Below are positions 37,281-47,262 of a stretch of DNA of 64,000 nucleotides, piece by piece (the first letter of the stretch is position 1; each line of letters begins with the position of its first letter). The notes below the pieces were generated by a model. The model was not told the DNA's origin. It saw nothing but the letters and a program-made list of their open reading frames with translations, and did no database searches. A program made the position numbers and the translations under genes. Source of the DNA: Candidatus Gottesmanbacteria bacterium (lineage in GTDB: Bacteria; Patescibacteriota; Microgenomatia; 2-02-FULL-39-11); the NCBI GenBank assembly GCA_016186795.1, contig JACPKY010000002.1, positions 218,593 through 282,592 of the forward strand, given 5' to 3'.

Positions 37281-38741
37281 CTAGCAAACATTTTCTAATA
37301 TATTCTTACTAAAACCATAATTTACCTTCATTGGATATTTCCCAGAAAAACATGCTGTGCACAAACGTGATGCCTTAAGCTTAGAAGCTTTGATTAGACC
37401 TTTGAGGCTTAAAAAGCGTAAGGAGTCCGATCCTATAAAGGAATTAATTGCCGAGATTTTCCTGTGAGATGCGATGAGATGTTTCCGATTCGGAGTATCA
37501 ACACCGAAATAACACGAATGTCGAACTGGGGGAGAACAAATGCGTATATGGACCTCGCGCGCACCGCATTTTCTCAAAACCTCAACAATTTTTTTCATGG
37601 TTGTACCACGAACAATTGAGTCATCAACGACAATTAATCTTTTGCCAAAGACAATTTTTTTCATCGGATTGAACTTCGCCTTGACCCCCTGTTCGCGGAT
37701 ATGCTGCTCGGGAGCAATGAATGTTCTTCCGATGTATCTATTTTTGATCAGTACTTCACCGAAGGGAATTCCAGATGCTTGAGAATAGCCAAGGGCAGCG
37801 GACGTCCCAGAATCAGGAACGGCGACAACGAGATCTCCTGCAACAGGTGCTTCATGGGCAAGTATCTTTCCACTTCGTTGTCTGACTTCATGTACGAGCA
37901 CATCATTCAGCAAGCTATCTGGACGGGCAAGATAGACATACTCAAAGAGACAAAATTTTAGCGGCTTCTTACCGATCATTCCAATGGTTGTTAGCCCACT
38001 AGAATCAATTGAAATTACCTCACCATTTCCGACATCTCGAATATAATTTGCCCCGATTGTATCAAGTGCACATGTTTCAGAAGCAACAACATAATACCCG
38101 TTTAATTTCCCAATAACAAGAGGTCGAATACCCCATGGATCACGAAAGGCGAAAAGTTTATTCTTTGTTACTGCAATAATACTATATGCGCCAATAAAAT
38201 CTTTCGAAGCTGCTAAGATTTTTTCTTCCCAACTGGGCTTTGGGTTGTGGAAAATTGATAACGCCAATACCTCCGTATCGCTTGTTGAAAATCGTTTAAC
38301 CCCAACGAGTTTTTTTGCAAGAAGGTCGGCATTGACAATATTTCCGTTATGCGCTACGGCAAAAAAGTTCCCATTTCCCGGGATAATAACAGGTTGAGTA
38401 TTTTGCGGCGTATTTCCGCCTGTTGTTGAATATCGGTTATGACCAACCGCAATAAATCCTTGCAGTTTTGAGAGATTTTCCTCATTGAAGACTGAGGTAA
38501 CTAAACCCATATGTCGGATGCTTCGAAGTTTCTGGCCATCCGATACTGCAATTCCTGCACCTTCTTGCCCACGGTGTTGGAGACTATGAAGAGCATAATA
38601 GGTAATTTTTGCCACCTCAGTATCTGGAGCGTAAATTCCGAATACGCCACATTGATCGTGCAAAGTTTCCTTGTATTTATATCGAGCAATGTCAACAGGT
38701 TGCATCAGCTTTTCATCCAAGAGCTTTCTGGCTACCGACAA
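37281..38741 (-). CDS. purF: Amidophosphoribosyltransferase (glutamine PRPP amidotransferase), Fe-S type
   Basis: N-terminal nucleophile context HDQCGVFGIYA after a propeptide. PRTase motif LIVVDDSIVRGTT. The C-terminal CTACFSGKYP matches Cys ligands of the [4Fe-4S] type. Confidence 0.9.
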   Translation of the reverse strand: MSVARKLLDEKLMQPVDIARYKYKETLHDQCGVFGIYAPDTEVAKITYYALHSLQHRGQEGAGIAVSDGQKLRSIRHMGLVTSVFNEENLSKLQGFIAVGHNRYSTTGGNTPQNTQPVIIPGNGNFFAVAHNGNIVNADLLAKKLVGVKRFSTSDTEVLALSIFHNPKPSWEEKILAASKDFIGAYSIIAVTKNKLFAFRDPWGIRPLVIGKLNGYYVVASETCALDTIGANYIRDVGNGEVISIDSSGLTTIGMIGKKPLKFCLFEYVYLARPDSLLNDVLVHEVRQRSGKILAHEAPVAGDLVVAVPDSGTSAALGYSQASGIPFGEVLIKNRYIGRTFIAPEQHIREQGVKAKFNPMKKIVFGKRLIVVDDSIVRGTTMKKIVEVLRKCGAREVHIRICSPPVRHSCYFGVDTPNRKHLIASHRKISAINSFIGSDSLRFLSLKGLIKASKLKASRLCTACFSGKYPMKVNYGFSKNILENVC

Positions 38742-39231
38742 TTTTCTTTTTTATACGCTTTTGATATTTAGTGACTTTCTTTGTAAGTTCTGCGCTTCCG
38801 AGAGCTAACATTTTCGAGGCAGCAAGTGCAGCTTGCTCCGGTTCAAGAACTGTTACAGGGGAAACACCCGAAGGCATCCGAAGGCTTGATAGAATATCAA
38901 GTCCTGCATACTTCTCACTATATGGTGGGCAGTTGATAACAGGGTGAACAACGTGAGCATCAACAAATCCACCAAGCGCATTTGAGCCTCCTGCAATGCA
39001 AATATAAACCAATGGTTTATTTTGCTTTTCGTATTTTCTGACAATCTCAAGTAAGTATTCGGGAGTTTTATGAGCCGAGGCAATATGGGTATGATGCGAA
39101 ACGCCAAATTCTTGAAGAACTCCTGTGATTTTCTGTGCCCATTGGCGGTCTTTCTCTGATCCAAGTAATAACACAACCATAGAACTTCTACGTGAGATAT
39201 TTTTTAATTGCATATTTAATTGATGACTCAA
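38713..39231 (-). CDS. purE: PurE (AIR carboxylase / N5-CAIR mutase family); class not determined
   Basis: MVVLLLGSEKD...ICIAGGSNALGGFV...PSGVSPVTV matches PurE core motifs. The true start is probably an internal Met near 39180. Confidence 0.85.
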   Translation of the reverse strand: MSHQLNMQLKNISRRSSMVVLLLGSEKDRQWAQKITGVLQEFGVSHHTHIASAHKTPEYLLEIVRKYEKQNKPLVYICIAGGSNALGGFVDAHVVHPVINCPPYSEKYAGLDILSSLRMPSGVSPVTVLEPEQAALAASKMLALGSAELTKKVTKYQKRIKKKIVGSQKALG

Positions 39232-40219
39232 GGGGATATTTTTCCATCTTCAATTTTTTCCCAGTTATGAGTTCGTAAATTTTTATATACCGTTTGGAGG
39301 TCTCTCGTTGAAGATCGAAACTCATTTTGGGAGGCCTTCCATCACCCCGATATCCTTGCTTGGTGTACCATACTCGGAAAAATTCCTTATCAAAGTTCTC
39401 TGGTTCTTTCCCTTCCGCGAATCGTTTCCTATAGCTATCTTTCCTCCAAAACCTACTTGAGTCTGGAGTATGGATTTCATCGATTAACATGAGTTTACCA
39501 CCAAAATCTGCGAATTCATATTTTGTATCAACAAGAATAAGACCTTGCGCCGCACAAATTTGCTGACCTTTGGTAAAAAGCGCAAGCGATATTCTTTCCA
39601 TCTTTTTGTATAAATCCGAAGGCACGAGCCCCCTTTTTATTATTTCTTCTCGAGTCAACTTTTCATCATGCTGCCCTTTTTCGGCTTTTGTTGTCGGGGT
39701 AATAATTGGACGTGGAAGCTTTTCGTTTTTTCGAAGTCCCTCGGAAAATTGTATCCCATACACGAGACGTTCTCCACGTTCATACGCATACCAAATTGAT
39801 GTTTTGGTAACTCCTGTTATAAATCCACGAACAATCATCTCTACCGGATATGGATGAGCATCATGGACAACCGAAACATTCGGATGAATAACATCGATGA
39901 GGTGATTATCAACAATATCAGATGTTTTGGCAAACCAAAATGCCGAAAGTTGGTTCAGGACTTGTCCCTTGTATGGAATATATCCCAATACACGATCAAA
40001 GGCAGATATTCTATCGGTTGTAATAATAATTCGCTTGTTGGGGATAAAATAAAAATCTCTGACCTTCCCTTGATACTTCCTGCCGAGATTGCCTATATTG
40101 ACAGTTCGCAAAGTCTTGGTTGACGAGTAGCGTACATTCGAACGTCTTTTCATACGCGAAACTGTATCGGGAAAATCCTTAGCTTTTCTTTGTCTGCGCA
40201 CATGCTGAGATAAATTCAA
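39188..40219 (-). CDS. purC: SAICAR synthetase, long (yeast/archaeal-like) form
   Basis: LILVDTKYEFADFGGKLMLIDEIHTPDSSRFW is the PurC signature. About 320-343 aa depending on start; an internal Met near 40153 would remove the overlap with pyrG. Confidence 0.85.
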   Translation of the reverse strand: MNLSQHVRRQRKAKDFPDTVSRMKRRSNVRYSSTKTLRTVNIGNLGRKYQGKVRDFYFIPNKRIIITTDRISAFDRVLGYIPYKGQVLNQLSAFWFAKTSDIVDNHLIDVIHPNVSVVHDAHPYPVEMIVRGFITGVTKTSIWYAYERGERLVYGIQFSEGLRKNEKLPRPIITPTTKAEKGQHDEKLTREEIIKRGLVPSDLYKKMERISLALFTKGQQICAAQGLILVDTKYEFADFGGKLMLIDEIHTPDSSRFWRKDSYRKRFAEGKEPENFDKEFFRVWYTKQGYRGDGRPPKMSFDLQRETSKRYIKIYELITGKKLKMEKYPLESSIKYAIKKYLT

Positions 40220-41843
40220 GAAACAACGGGTGAGGATTTAATGGTCGTGCCTTAAATTCGGGATGGTACTGAGTGCCAACAAAAAATGGGTGGTCTTTTA
40301 GCTCGATTGCTTCTACCAGTAACCCATCAGGGGATACACCGGAGAATATCATCCCATTGTCTTCAAACATTTTTTTGTATGCATTATTAAACTCATATCG
40401 ATGTCTATGTCGTTCTTCAATTAAGGGGAGGGTATAGAGAGAATTCACCCCCATTTTCATCCATTTCTGATATGCATCAAATGTTAGTGTTCCCTCCTTC
40501 ACTTTGCATGGCCAGGCACCCAGACGGATCGTCCCCCCATACTGGAGTTTTTTTAGATACTCTTTCTGGTTGGGCATGATATGAATAATTGGGTGTGGTG
40601 TTGTTGGATCTGCTTCCTCGCTATGGGCTTCTTCTAATTTGCAAACGGATCGCGCAAATTCAATACAGGCAAGTTGCATACCAAAACATAACCCTAAATA
40701 GGGTATTTTATTCTTCCGGGCAAACCCAGCAGTTTGAATCTTCCCTTCAATTCCGCGGCTTCCCCACCCCTGAGGAACTATTAACCCGTCAAATCGGGAA
40801 AGAATTTCCTCAGCTCCTTTTTTCTCTACGTCAAGTGAATCTATCCAGACGATCTCGGGACTATACCCATTCCACCACGAAGCCTGTTTTACCGCTTCCA
40901 TAACACACACATATGAGTCTTCTAATGAAAAATCACCACTACGGAAATACTTCCCGACAATTCCAATTTTTACTTTCTTTTTGGCGGCAAGAATCTTTTG
41001 ATTGAATATATGCCATTTTGAAAGATCTGAGCTTCTTCTTTTAATACCGAACTTATCCAATATTCGATCAGTTAGCCCTTGGCTTTCAAGATACTCAGGA
41101 ACCTGGTAGATTGATGGCAAATCCGGATTGGAGAAGATATCTTTTTCGTCAACAGAACAAAACTTTGCGATTTTTCCTTTCCGTTCCTTGTCAATTTCTT
41201 TCACCGCTCGACCGACAATAATATCGGGTGCTATACCAGCCATATGAAGAAGCTGTACTGATGTTTGTACTGGTTTGGATTTGAGTTCTCCAAGTGAGGG
41301 AGGAAGCGGTAAGTATGCCACGTGGACATTCAAAACTTTTTCAGGATATTGCATCTCAAGCTCCCGTGCTGCTTCAAGAAACATTGCATTTTGGTACTCA
41401 CCGACGGTTCCTCCTATTTCAATAATTACGAAATCGGCTTTCGCCTGTTTGGCCAGAATAAAGAGTCTCCTATTGATTTCCTCTGGTATATGTGGAACCG
41501 TTTCAACACAAGCACCCTCATATTCAAGTCTCCGTTCCCTTTCGATAACAGACAGGTAGACCTGTCCCGCTGTCATATAGTTTGTCTTTGTTAAATTCTC
41601 GTTAATAAAGCGCTCGTAATGACCGAGATCTTGATCGGTTTCCATCCCATCTTCAGTAACGAAGGTCTCTCCATGAATTATCGGGTTCATTGTCCCTGCA
41701 TCGAGGTTCAAATATGGATCAGCTTTTATTGGGGCAACAGTAAATCCTGCGGATTTGAGAAGAAGAGCAATTGAGGAAGCAGTAATACCTTTCCCAAGGC
41801 CAGAAATTACTCCACCAGAAACGAAAATAAATTTGGTCGGCAT
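40179..41843 (-). CDS. pyrG: CTP synthase
   Basis: MPTKFIFVSGGVISGLGKGITASSIALLLK is the classic PyrG N-terminus. C-terminal glutamine amidotransferase domain GLCFGMQLA...H. Confidence 0.9.
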   Translation of the reverse strand: MPTKFIFVSGGVISGLGKGITASSIALLLKSAGFTVAPIKADPYLNLDAGTMNPIIHGETFVTEDGMETDQDLGHYERFINENLTKTNYMTAGQVYLSVIERERRLEYEGACVETVPHIPEEINRRLFILAKQAKADFVIIEIGGTVGEYQNAMFLEAARELEMQYPEKVLNVHVAYLPLPPSLGELKSKPVQTSVQLLHMAGIAPDIIVGRAVKEIDKERKGKIAKFCSVDEKDIFSNPDLPSIYQVPEYLESQGLTDRILDKFGIKRRSSDLSKWHIFNQKILAAKKKVKIGIVGKYFRSGDFSLEDSYVCVMEAVKQASWWNGYSPEIVWIDSLDVEKKGAEEILSRFDGLIVPQGWGSRGIEGKIQTAGFARKNKIPYLGLCFGMQLACIEFARSVCKLEEAHSEEADPTTPHPIIHIMPNQKEYLKKLQYGGTIRLGAWPCKVKEGTLTFDAYQKWMKMGVNSLYTLPLIEERHRHRYEFNNAYKKMFEDNGMIFSGVSPDGLLVEAIELKDHPFFVGTQYHPEFKARPLNPHPLFLEFISACAQTKKS

Positions 41844-41891
41844 GTTTTAAGATACCAAAAGCCTTGTGGACTGTCAAGCGGGCAAATACAA

Positions 41892-42527
41892 CTAAACCAT
41901 CTTCATGCGGGCGAGATACTCTCTACCCTTTCCGACTCGTGTATTTATTGGAACATGCGCTCGACATAAGGGGCAATCCTTTTCATCCCACGCATCCATC
42001 TCAATTTCTGCAAGAGGAAAAAATGGAACACCCAAAGTCAGCTCATTTACTTCTTTGGGATTTCGATTTACCAAAACACAAACCGCGTGAATAACTCCCC
42101 CAGCACTTTGAACGCTTGCTATAACCTTTTTCACAGAACCACCTGTTGTTGTGATGTCCTCAACAATAAGTACCTTCTTCCCGGCAACAAGTTCATTGTA
42201 TCCGCGAGTAAGAATCTGGTTTTTCTCTGGAGTTTTTTCGGTATAGATACCCAAAATTTCACATCCCATAAGTATCGAGAGATGATATGCTGTCCATTGA
42301 GAAAGGATAATTCCTCCTAAGGCAGGGGATACAACTGCTTCTATACCTTCGCCTGAAAACCGAGTTGCAATCTCCATACAAATTTTTGAAACCTCTTTTG
42401 TATGAGGGTAAATTGCATCTTTGTTCAAATATTGCTTTCCGTGTTTTCCGGATGTGTAGACAATATGACTATCTTTTATGTAGCCACCAGTTTTTTCAAA
42501 GATTTCCAAAACCTCCTGTCCTGTCAT
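41892..42527 (-). CDS. pyrE: Orotate phosphoribosyltransferase-like type I PRTase with a C-terminal CxxC
   Basis: PRPP-binding motif KVLIVEDITTTGGS. Adjacent to pyrF. The C-terminus carries CPLC. Confidence 0.65.
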   Translation of the reverse strand: MTGQEVLEIFEKTGGYIKDSHIVYTSGKHGKQYLNKDAIYPHTKEVSKICMEIATRFSGEGIEAVVSPALGGIILSQWTAYHLSILMGCEILGIYTEKTPEKNQILTRGYNELVAGKKVLIVEDITTTGGSVKKVIASVQSAGGVIHAVCVLVNRNPKEVNELTLGVPFFPLAEIEMDAWDEKDCPLCRAHVPINTRVGKGREYLARMKMV

Positions 42528-42529
42528 AT

Positions 42530-43351
42530 TTATCTCCTGTACGTATTGATGCGCATTTGTAATTTTTTGGCTTCGGAAGCTCCGATTTTAGCAAAATCTT
42601 CACCACTTCCAGCAAAAATAATTCCCCGTGATGAATTGATAATAGCATTGAAACCATTTTTATCAACACCTGCTTTGACTGTTTTTTTCACATCCCCACC
42701 TTGGGCCCCAATGCCAGGAATAAGGAGTGGCATTTCTCCGACCACGCGACGGACTACTTCTAGCTCATCCGGATATGTGGCGCCAAATATCAAACCACAG
42801 TTCCTATTATAATTCCAGTCCTTAGAAACATGCTCTGCAATAATTTCGTAGAGATGTTTCCCGGAAACAATAAGATCCTGAAACTCGTGTGCTCCGGCAT
42901 TTGAAGAACGACAATAAATAAACAACCCTTTCTCCTCCAATTCCAAAAATGGCTTCAATCCTTCTTTCCCAACATACCAATGAAGCGTTATTGCGTCTGC
43001 TTTTAGATACTCAAATGCAAATTTTATATAGCCAAGATTCGTACTCCCTATATCACCCCTTTTGGCATCGAGAATTATTGGGATTTCTGGATATGCTTCT
43101 TTTATATAATCTGTTGTTAATTTCAATTGATGAATACCACTGCTTCCTTCGGCTTCATAAAAGGCAGTATTGGGTTTATAAGCACAAACGAAGGGCGCAG
43201 TTGCATCAATAATCGCTTTATTAAATTCAAATTGGGGATGAGGACGCGCGCGGATATGACGAGGAATTTTTCCTCTATCACTATCAAGGCCGACACAAAG
43301 AAGTGAATTGTTCTTTTTTTGAATGAATAATAGTTTTTCCTGAAATTTCAT
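42530..43351 (-). CDS. pyrF: Orotidine-5'-phosphate decarboxylase, type 2 (long form)
   Basis: LCVGLD and ILDAKRGDIGSTN catalytic Lys/Asp motifs. 273 aa. Confidence 0.85.
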   Translation of the reverse strand: MKFQEKLLFIQKKNNSLLCVGLDSDRGKIPRHIRARPHPQFEFNKAIIDATAPFVCAYKPNTAFYEAEGSSGIHQLKLTTDYIKEAYPEIPIILDAKRGDIGSTNLGYIKFAFEYLKADAITLHWYVGKEGLKPFLELEEKGLFIYCRSSNAGAHEFQDLIVSGKHLYEIIAEHVSKDWNYNRNCGLIFGATYPDELEVVRRVVGEMPLLIPGIGAQGGDVKKTVKAGVDKNGFNAIINSSRGIIFAGSGEDFAKIGASEAKKLQMRINTYRR

Positions 43352-43354
43352 ATG

Positions 43355-43807
43355 TTATTTACCACTTACCAAAAGTATGCCGGCAATACTTAGTACTACT
43401 CCAACTATTTGTGGTATTGATAGGGAGTCTTTCAATAAAAAAACGCCAATAAGAACTCCAAAGATTATTTGTGCTGGAGAACTCAGAGAAATTATTTTGG
43501 ATAGCGTCCCAAAATGAAGTGCCAAATAGTTTAAAAAAACGGCTGCGACAAGAGATATACCTGCAAGTGTTGCAAACAATATGCCTTGAGAATTTAATCC
43601 GCTGAAATCTTTTTTATTTGAAAACAGAAAAATAAGAAAACCCAATATGAGAGTTGCTACAGCAAGTTCAATAATAAATGCAATATGGATTGGAATAGTT
43701 ATTGCTGCCTGTTTTCGAAACAAAAAGATGAGCGCAAAAAGAAATGCACTTCCAATTGCGTAAGAAAATACGGCAAATTGGCTAGTTTCCATGTGCAACT
43801 CCGACAA
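43355..43807 (-). CDS. Small EamA-like (DMT-superfamily) membrane protein, single 4-5 TM unit
   Basis: 150 aa. Hydrophobic helices and a C-terminal SIPQIVGVVLSIAGILLV (EamA-like). It overlaps the pyrD 3' end by ~11-26 nt. Confidence 0.45.
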   Translation of the reverse strand: MSELHMETSQFAVFSYAIGSAFLFALIFLFRKQAAITIPIHIAFIIELAVATLILGFLIFLFSNKKDFSGLNSQGILFATLAGISLVAAVFLNYLALHFGTLSKIISLSSPAQIIFGVLIGVFLLKDSLSIPQIVGVVLSIAGILLVSGK

Positions 43808-44708
43808 TATCTTTCAAATTTTTAATCCCAACTTTTTCCATATAGGTGGACACATCTCGTTTCAACTCATCATAGACTTTCATTCCTTTGAGATACGTTG
43901 CGGTGCCTACCCCGACAAGAGTTGCTCCGGCAATGATAATTTCAATAACGTCCTGCCATTTTGTCACTCCCCCCATTGCAAGGATGGGGATCTTCACTGC
44001 TTCATAAATATCATAGACGCATCGAACCGTGATCGGAAATATTCCTGGACCAGAGACTCCACCTTCTTTATTTCCCAAGACTGGCTTTTTTTTATGAATA
44101 TCGATAATCATTCCTGGTCCAAAAGTGTTACTGGCTACAATTGCATCAGCTCCAGCATCTTCACACGATTTGGCAATTTCTCCAATTTCGGTAACATTCG
44201 GAGACAGTTTTGCCAAAATTGGAATTTTCCTGGATACTTTTTTTACTGCAGTTATAACTTTTCCTGCAGCACCTTCTTCCATCCCCAAAGCAGTACCTAA
44301 CTCATCGACTGTATTTGGACACGAAAGATTGAGTTCGATAAATTGTGGATTGAATGGAGCGATTTTTTCGACCAACTCAACAAATTCTATAACACGGGTT
44401 GAGAAAAGACTTATAATAATCGGCGTTTCTTTCCCATAGAGCTTTAGGAAGTGAGCTACTTCCTGGCTTCCTTTTTCAATCCCTGCATTTCGTAGTCCTA
44501 CACTATTAAGCATCCCGTACTCATATTTCCATATTCTCGGTAAAGGGTTTCCCTCTCGTCTCTCTTTCGTTAAAGATTTCAAAGTTACCCCTCCAACACC
44601 TGCCTCAATTGCTTTTTTATGCTCAGGAATTTCGGTAATAATTCCTGATGGAAGAACAAAAGGGTTGGAAAATTTTACTCCACAAAACGTGACTGATAAA
44701 TCCGCCAT
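43782..44708 (-). CDS. pyrD: Dihydroorotate dehydrogenase, class 1 (cytosolic type); no pyrK partner in the window
   Basis: VKFSNPFVLPSGI, the FMN-binding TIM-barrel motifs GGV..GT, and a length of 308 aa with no N-terminal membrane helix. Confidence 0.85.
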   Translation of the reverse strand: MADLSVTFCGVKFSNPFVLPSGIITEIPEHKKAIEAGVGGVTLKSLTKERREGNPLPRIWKYEYGMLNSVGLRNAGIEKGSQEVAHFLKLYGKETPIIISLFSTRVIEFVELVEKIAPFNPQFIELNLSCPNTVDELGTALGMEEGAAGKVITAVKKVSRKIPILAKLSPNVTEIGEIAKSCEDAGADAIVASNTFGPGMIIDIHKKKPVLGNKEGGVSGPGIFPITVRCVYDIYEAVKIPILAMGGVTKWQDVIEIIIAGATLVGVGTATYLKGMKVYDELKRDVSTYMEKVGIKNLKDIVGVAHGN

Positions 44709-44776
44709 GGTGGCTATACTATAACAGCTCGTTTTGGCCCAAGCAAGATTACCTTGACAAACAAAGCATAATCCTT

Positions 44777-46213
44777 ATGATGGGAGAAATGAAAACGATG
44801 CGCGATGAAAAGGACTCACTTGGTACTGTTGCAGTACCAAAATATGCCTATTATGGTGCTCAAACGGTTCGAGCACAAGAAAATTTCCTAATCTCCGGGA
44901 TAACGTCACATGATGAGTATATCCAATCAATCGTTGTTATTAAAAAAGCCGCAGCTCGGGTCAATCATACACTCGGTTTCCTTCCCTTGAAATTTTCTCA
45001 AGCTATTGAAACGGTCTGTGATGAAATACGAGATGGAAAATTCTCTGACCAATTTATTGTTGATGTGTATCAGGCAGGAGCTGGAACGTCTATCCACATG
45101 AATGTAAATGAAGTAATTGCAAATCGAGCCAACGAACTTCTAGACTCTCCCAAAGGCTCGTATAGTCCCCTCCACCCAAACGATCACATAAATATGGCGC
45201 AGTCAACAAATGATGTCATCCCAACAGCCATCCGTATTGCAGTACTTACTATTTTGCCAAAACTATTTCGCATACTTATTCTTCTTGAAAAGGAATTTAT
45301 CAGAAAAGAAAGGGACTTTCATTCCATACTTAAGCCTGGTCGTACGCACCTTCAAGACGCAGTCCCAATCCTCTTAGGCCAGGAATTCTCAGCCTACGGG
45401 GTAGCAATTCAAAAAGATAGGAAACGCATCAATAAATCAAGTGAGAAACTCCTGGCAATTGGAATTGGAGGTACTGCGGTTGGCACCGGTATTAATAGTC
45501 ATCCCCGTTTCCACCGCTTAATGGTTACAGAGCTTCAAACCCTTACAAAGCTCCCGCTTCGTTCCAATAAAAACCTTTTTGAATCAATGCAAAATGCTGC
45601 AGATTTTTTGGAACTTTCCTCTTCTCTTCGAATTCTCGCACAAACATGTATACGGATTGGTAATGATCTGCGACTCTTATCTTCTGGTCCAAAAGCCGGA
45701 CTATCGGAAATTCGACTCCCGGAAGTACAACCTGGATCATCAATTATGCCGGGAAAAGTAAACCCCTCAATTATTGAAATGCTGACAATGGTTTGTTTTC
45801 AAGTAATTGGTATGGACCTGTCAATACTTCTTGCTAGCCAAGCAGGTCAACTCGAATTAAATGTTATGTATCCTCTTATCGCTTATAACCTTCTTGAACA
45901 AATACGGCTTTTAACTTCTGCGCTAACGAGCTTTCAGGAAAATTGTTTGAAAGGCATTACGGCAAACCCACGAGTGTGTGCTGCGGCCCTTTCAAGTTCT
46001 CACTCCCTGGCAACCCTTTTGACGCCCCTCTTTGGCTTTGACAAAACCGCAAAAATTGTAAAAGATTCTTACGTCAAAAATATACCGCTTGAGAGAATAC
46101 TTGTAGAGGAAAAGTATATGGAAAAAGTTCAGATAAATAAAATCTTTCATCCCCTTCGAATAACCAAGCCGAACCGGAGTTCTATGAAAGAGAAGATTTA
46201 CCCAAAGAAATGA
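44777..46213 (+). CDS. aspA: Aspartate ammonia-lyase-like enzyme (class II fumarase/aspartase family)
   Basis: GSSIMPGKVNP signature loop. Several blocks are closer to AspA than to FumC: YYGAQTVRAQENFLIS, VDVYQAGAGTSIHMN, NDLRLLSSGPKAGLSEIRLPE and CLKGITANPRVC. Family confidence is high; the AspA-versus-FumC call is moderate. Confidence 0.6.
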   Translation: MMGEMKTMRDEKDSLGTVAVPKYAYYGAQTVRAQENFLISGITSHDEYIQSIVVIKKAAARVNHTLGFLPLKFSQAIETVCDEIRDGKFSDQFIVDVYQAGAGTSIHMNVNEVIANRANELLDSPKGSYSPLHPNDHINMAQSTNDVIPTAIRIAVLTILPKLFRILILLEKEFIRKERDFHSILKPGRTHLQDAVPILLGQEFSAYGVAIQKDRKRINKSSEKLLAIGIGGTAVGTGINSHPRFHRLMVTELQTLTKLPLRSNKNLFESMQNAADFLELSSSLRILAQTCIRIGNDLRLLSSGPKAGLSEIRLPEVQPGSSIMPGKVNPSIIEMLTMVCFQVIGMDLSILLASQAGQLELNVMYPLIAYNLLEQIRLLTSALTSFQENCLKGITANPRVCAAALSSSHSLATLLTPLFGFDKTAKIVKDSYVKNIPLERILVEEKYMEKVQINKIFHPLRITKPNRSSMKEKIYPKK

Positions 46214-47262
46214 TTTTTACCAAAACCGGCAGATACAAGAACCGTACCTTCAGAATAAACCTTCCTACCGGCAATAAAGACGTTTTTCACTTTTCCAAAA
46301 ACCCGTTTTCCCTCAAATGGACTCCATCCACATTTTGTGAAGTAGGAAGATTCTCCGATAGTATAGTCTTCCTCTGAATCGATTTCGGTATACGTATTGG
46401 GATCTTGCCCTATGCCAAAAATTCTTCGTGGGTTGGTATTGGTCATGCGGATAATATCTTCAATGTACAATCTTTTTTCGTATACTGCAGTCATAAGAAG
46501 CGGAAGCATTATTTCCAAGCCAGGCATACCAAATGGAGAATTCTTGGATTTTTTTTCTTCTTGCGTATGCGGAGCATGATCAGTAGCTATACAATCAATA
46601 TCGCTTAAATGATCCCATAAATAATCAACATCTTTTTGACTGCCAAGAGGAGGTTTTACTGTAGCCAAATTTTGATATTTTTTGGCATAAGCATCAGTCA
46701 GAAATAAATGGTGTGGTGTAACGTCGCATGTTACGTCCAGTCCCTTTTTCCTCCCCAATAAAACATTCTCAAGCGCTTCTCGCGTTGCAATATGAGTCAC
46801 GTGTATCTTTTTTTTGAATCGTAGTGCCAATTTACAAGCAAGATTTATTTTTTCCCCCTCTGCATGTACAACAATTGGTTTGATTTTCGGCCAGGTTGCA
46901 AAAATATTTTTAAGTAGATGAACATCTTCAACAAAATAGTTTCCAGTTGTCGAAGTCAAATATACTTTTAACCCGGCAACCTTGTTGGCTACATACTGAA
47001 ATTCATGCGTATTTTTACCATCTGTACCAAAGTATAGCCCCCAGTCACACACGGCTTTTTGCCTTGCAATTTCCATTTTTTCTTCAAGTGCAACTTTTGT
47101 AAAAATAGGAACGACATTATTTGGCATATCAAAAACAGTCGTAACTCCACCAGCGAGTGCAGCACAAGTTCCGGTGAAAAAATCTTCTTTGTGGGTTTGA
47201 CCAGGATCACGCAAATGGACATGGATATCGATTAGTCCGGGGAGGCTCAAAATTCTACTCAT
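46198..47262 (-). CDS. pyrC: Dihydroorotase
   Basis: LPGLIDIHVHLRDPG (HxH metal site), carboxylated-Lys context and DHAPH. 354 aa. Confidence 0.85.
   Translation of the reverse strand: MSRILSLPGLIDIHVHLRDPGQTHKEDFFTGTCAALAGGVTTVFDMPNNVVPIFTKVALEEKMEIARQKAVCDWGLYFGTDGKNTHEFQYVANKVAGLKVYLTSTTGNYFVEDVHLLKNIFATWPKIKPIVVHAEGEKINLACKLALRFKKKIHVTHIATREALENVLLGRKKGLDVTCDVTPHHLFLTDAYAKKYQNLATVKPPLGSQKDVDYLWDHLSDIDCIATDHAPHTQEEKKSKNSPFGMPGLEIMLPLLMTAVYEKRLYIEDIIRMTNTNPRRIFGIGQDPNTYTEIDSEEDYTIGESSYFTKCGWSPFEGKRVFGKVKNVFIAGRKVYSEGTVLVSAGFGKNHFFG

Noticed and set aside
43791-44439. Plus-strand ORFs of 169 aa and 104 aa
   Set aside because: They are antisense to pyrD, which carries clear DHODH motifs. 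The composition is Phe/Asn/Ser-rich, typical of reverse-strand translation of AT-rich coding DNA.
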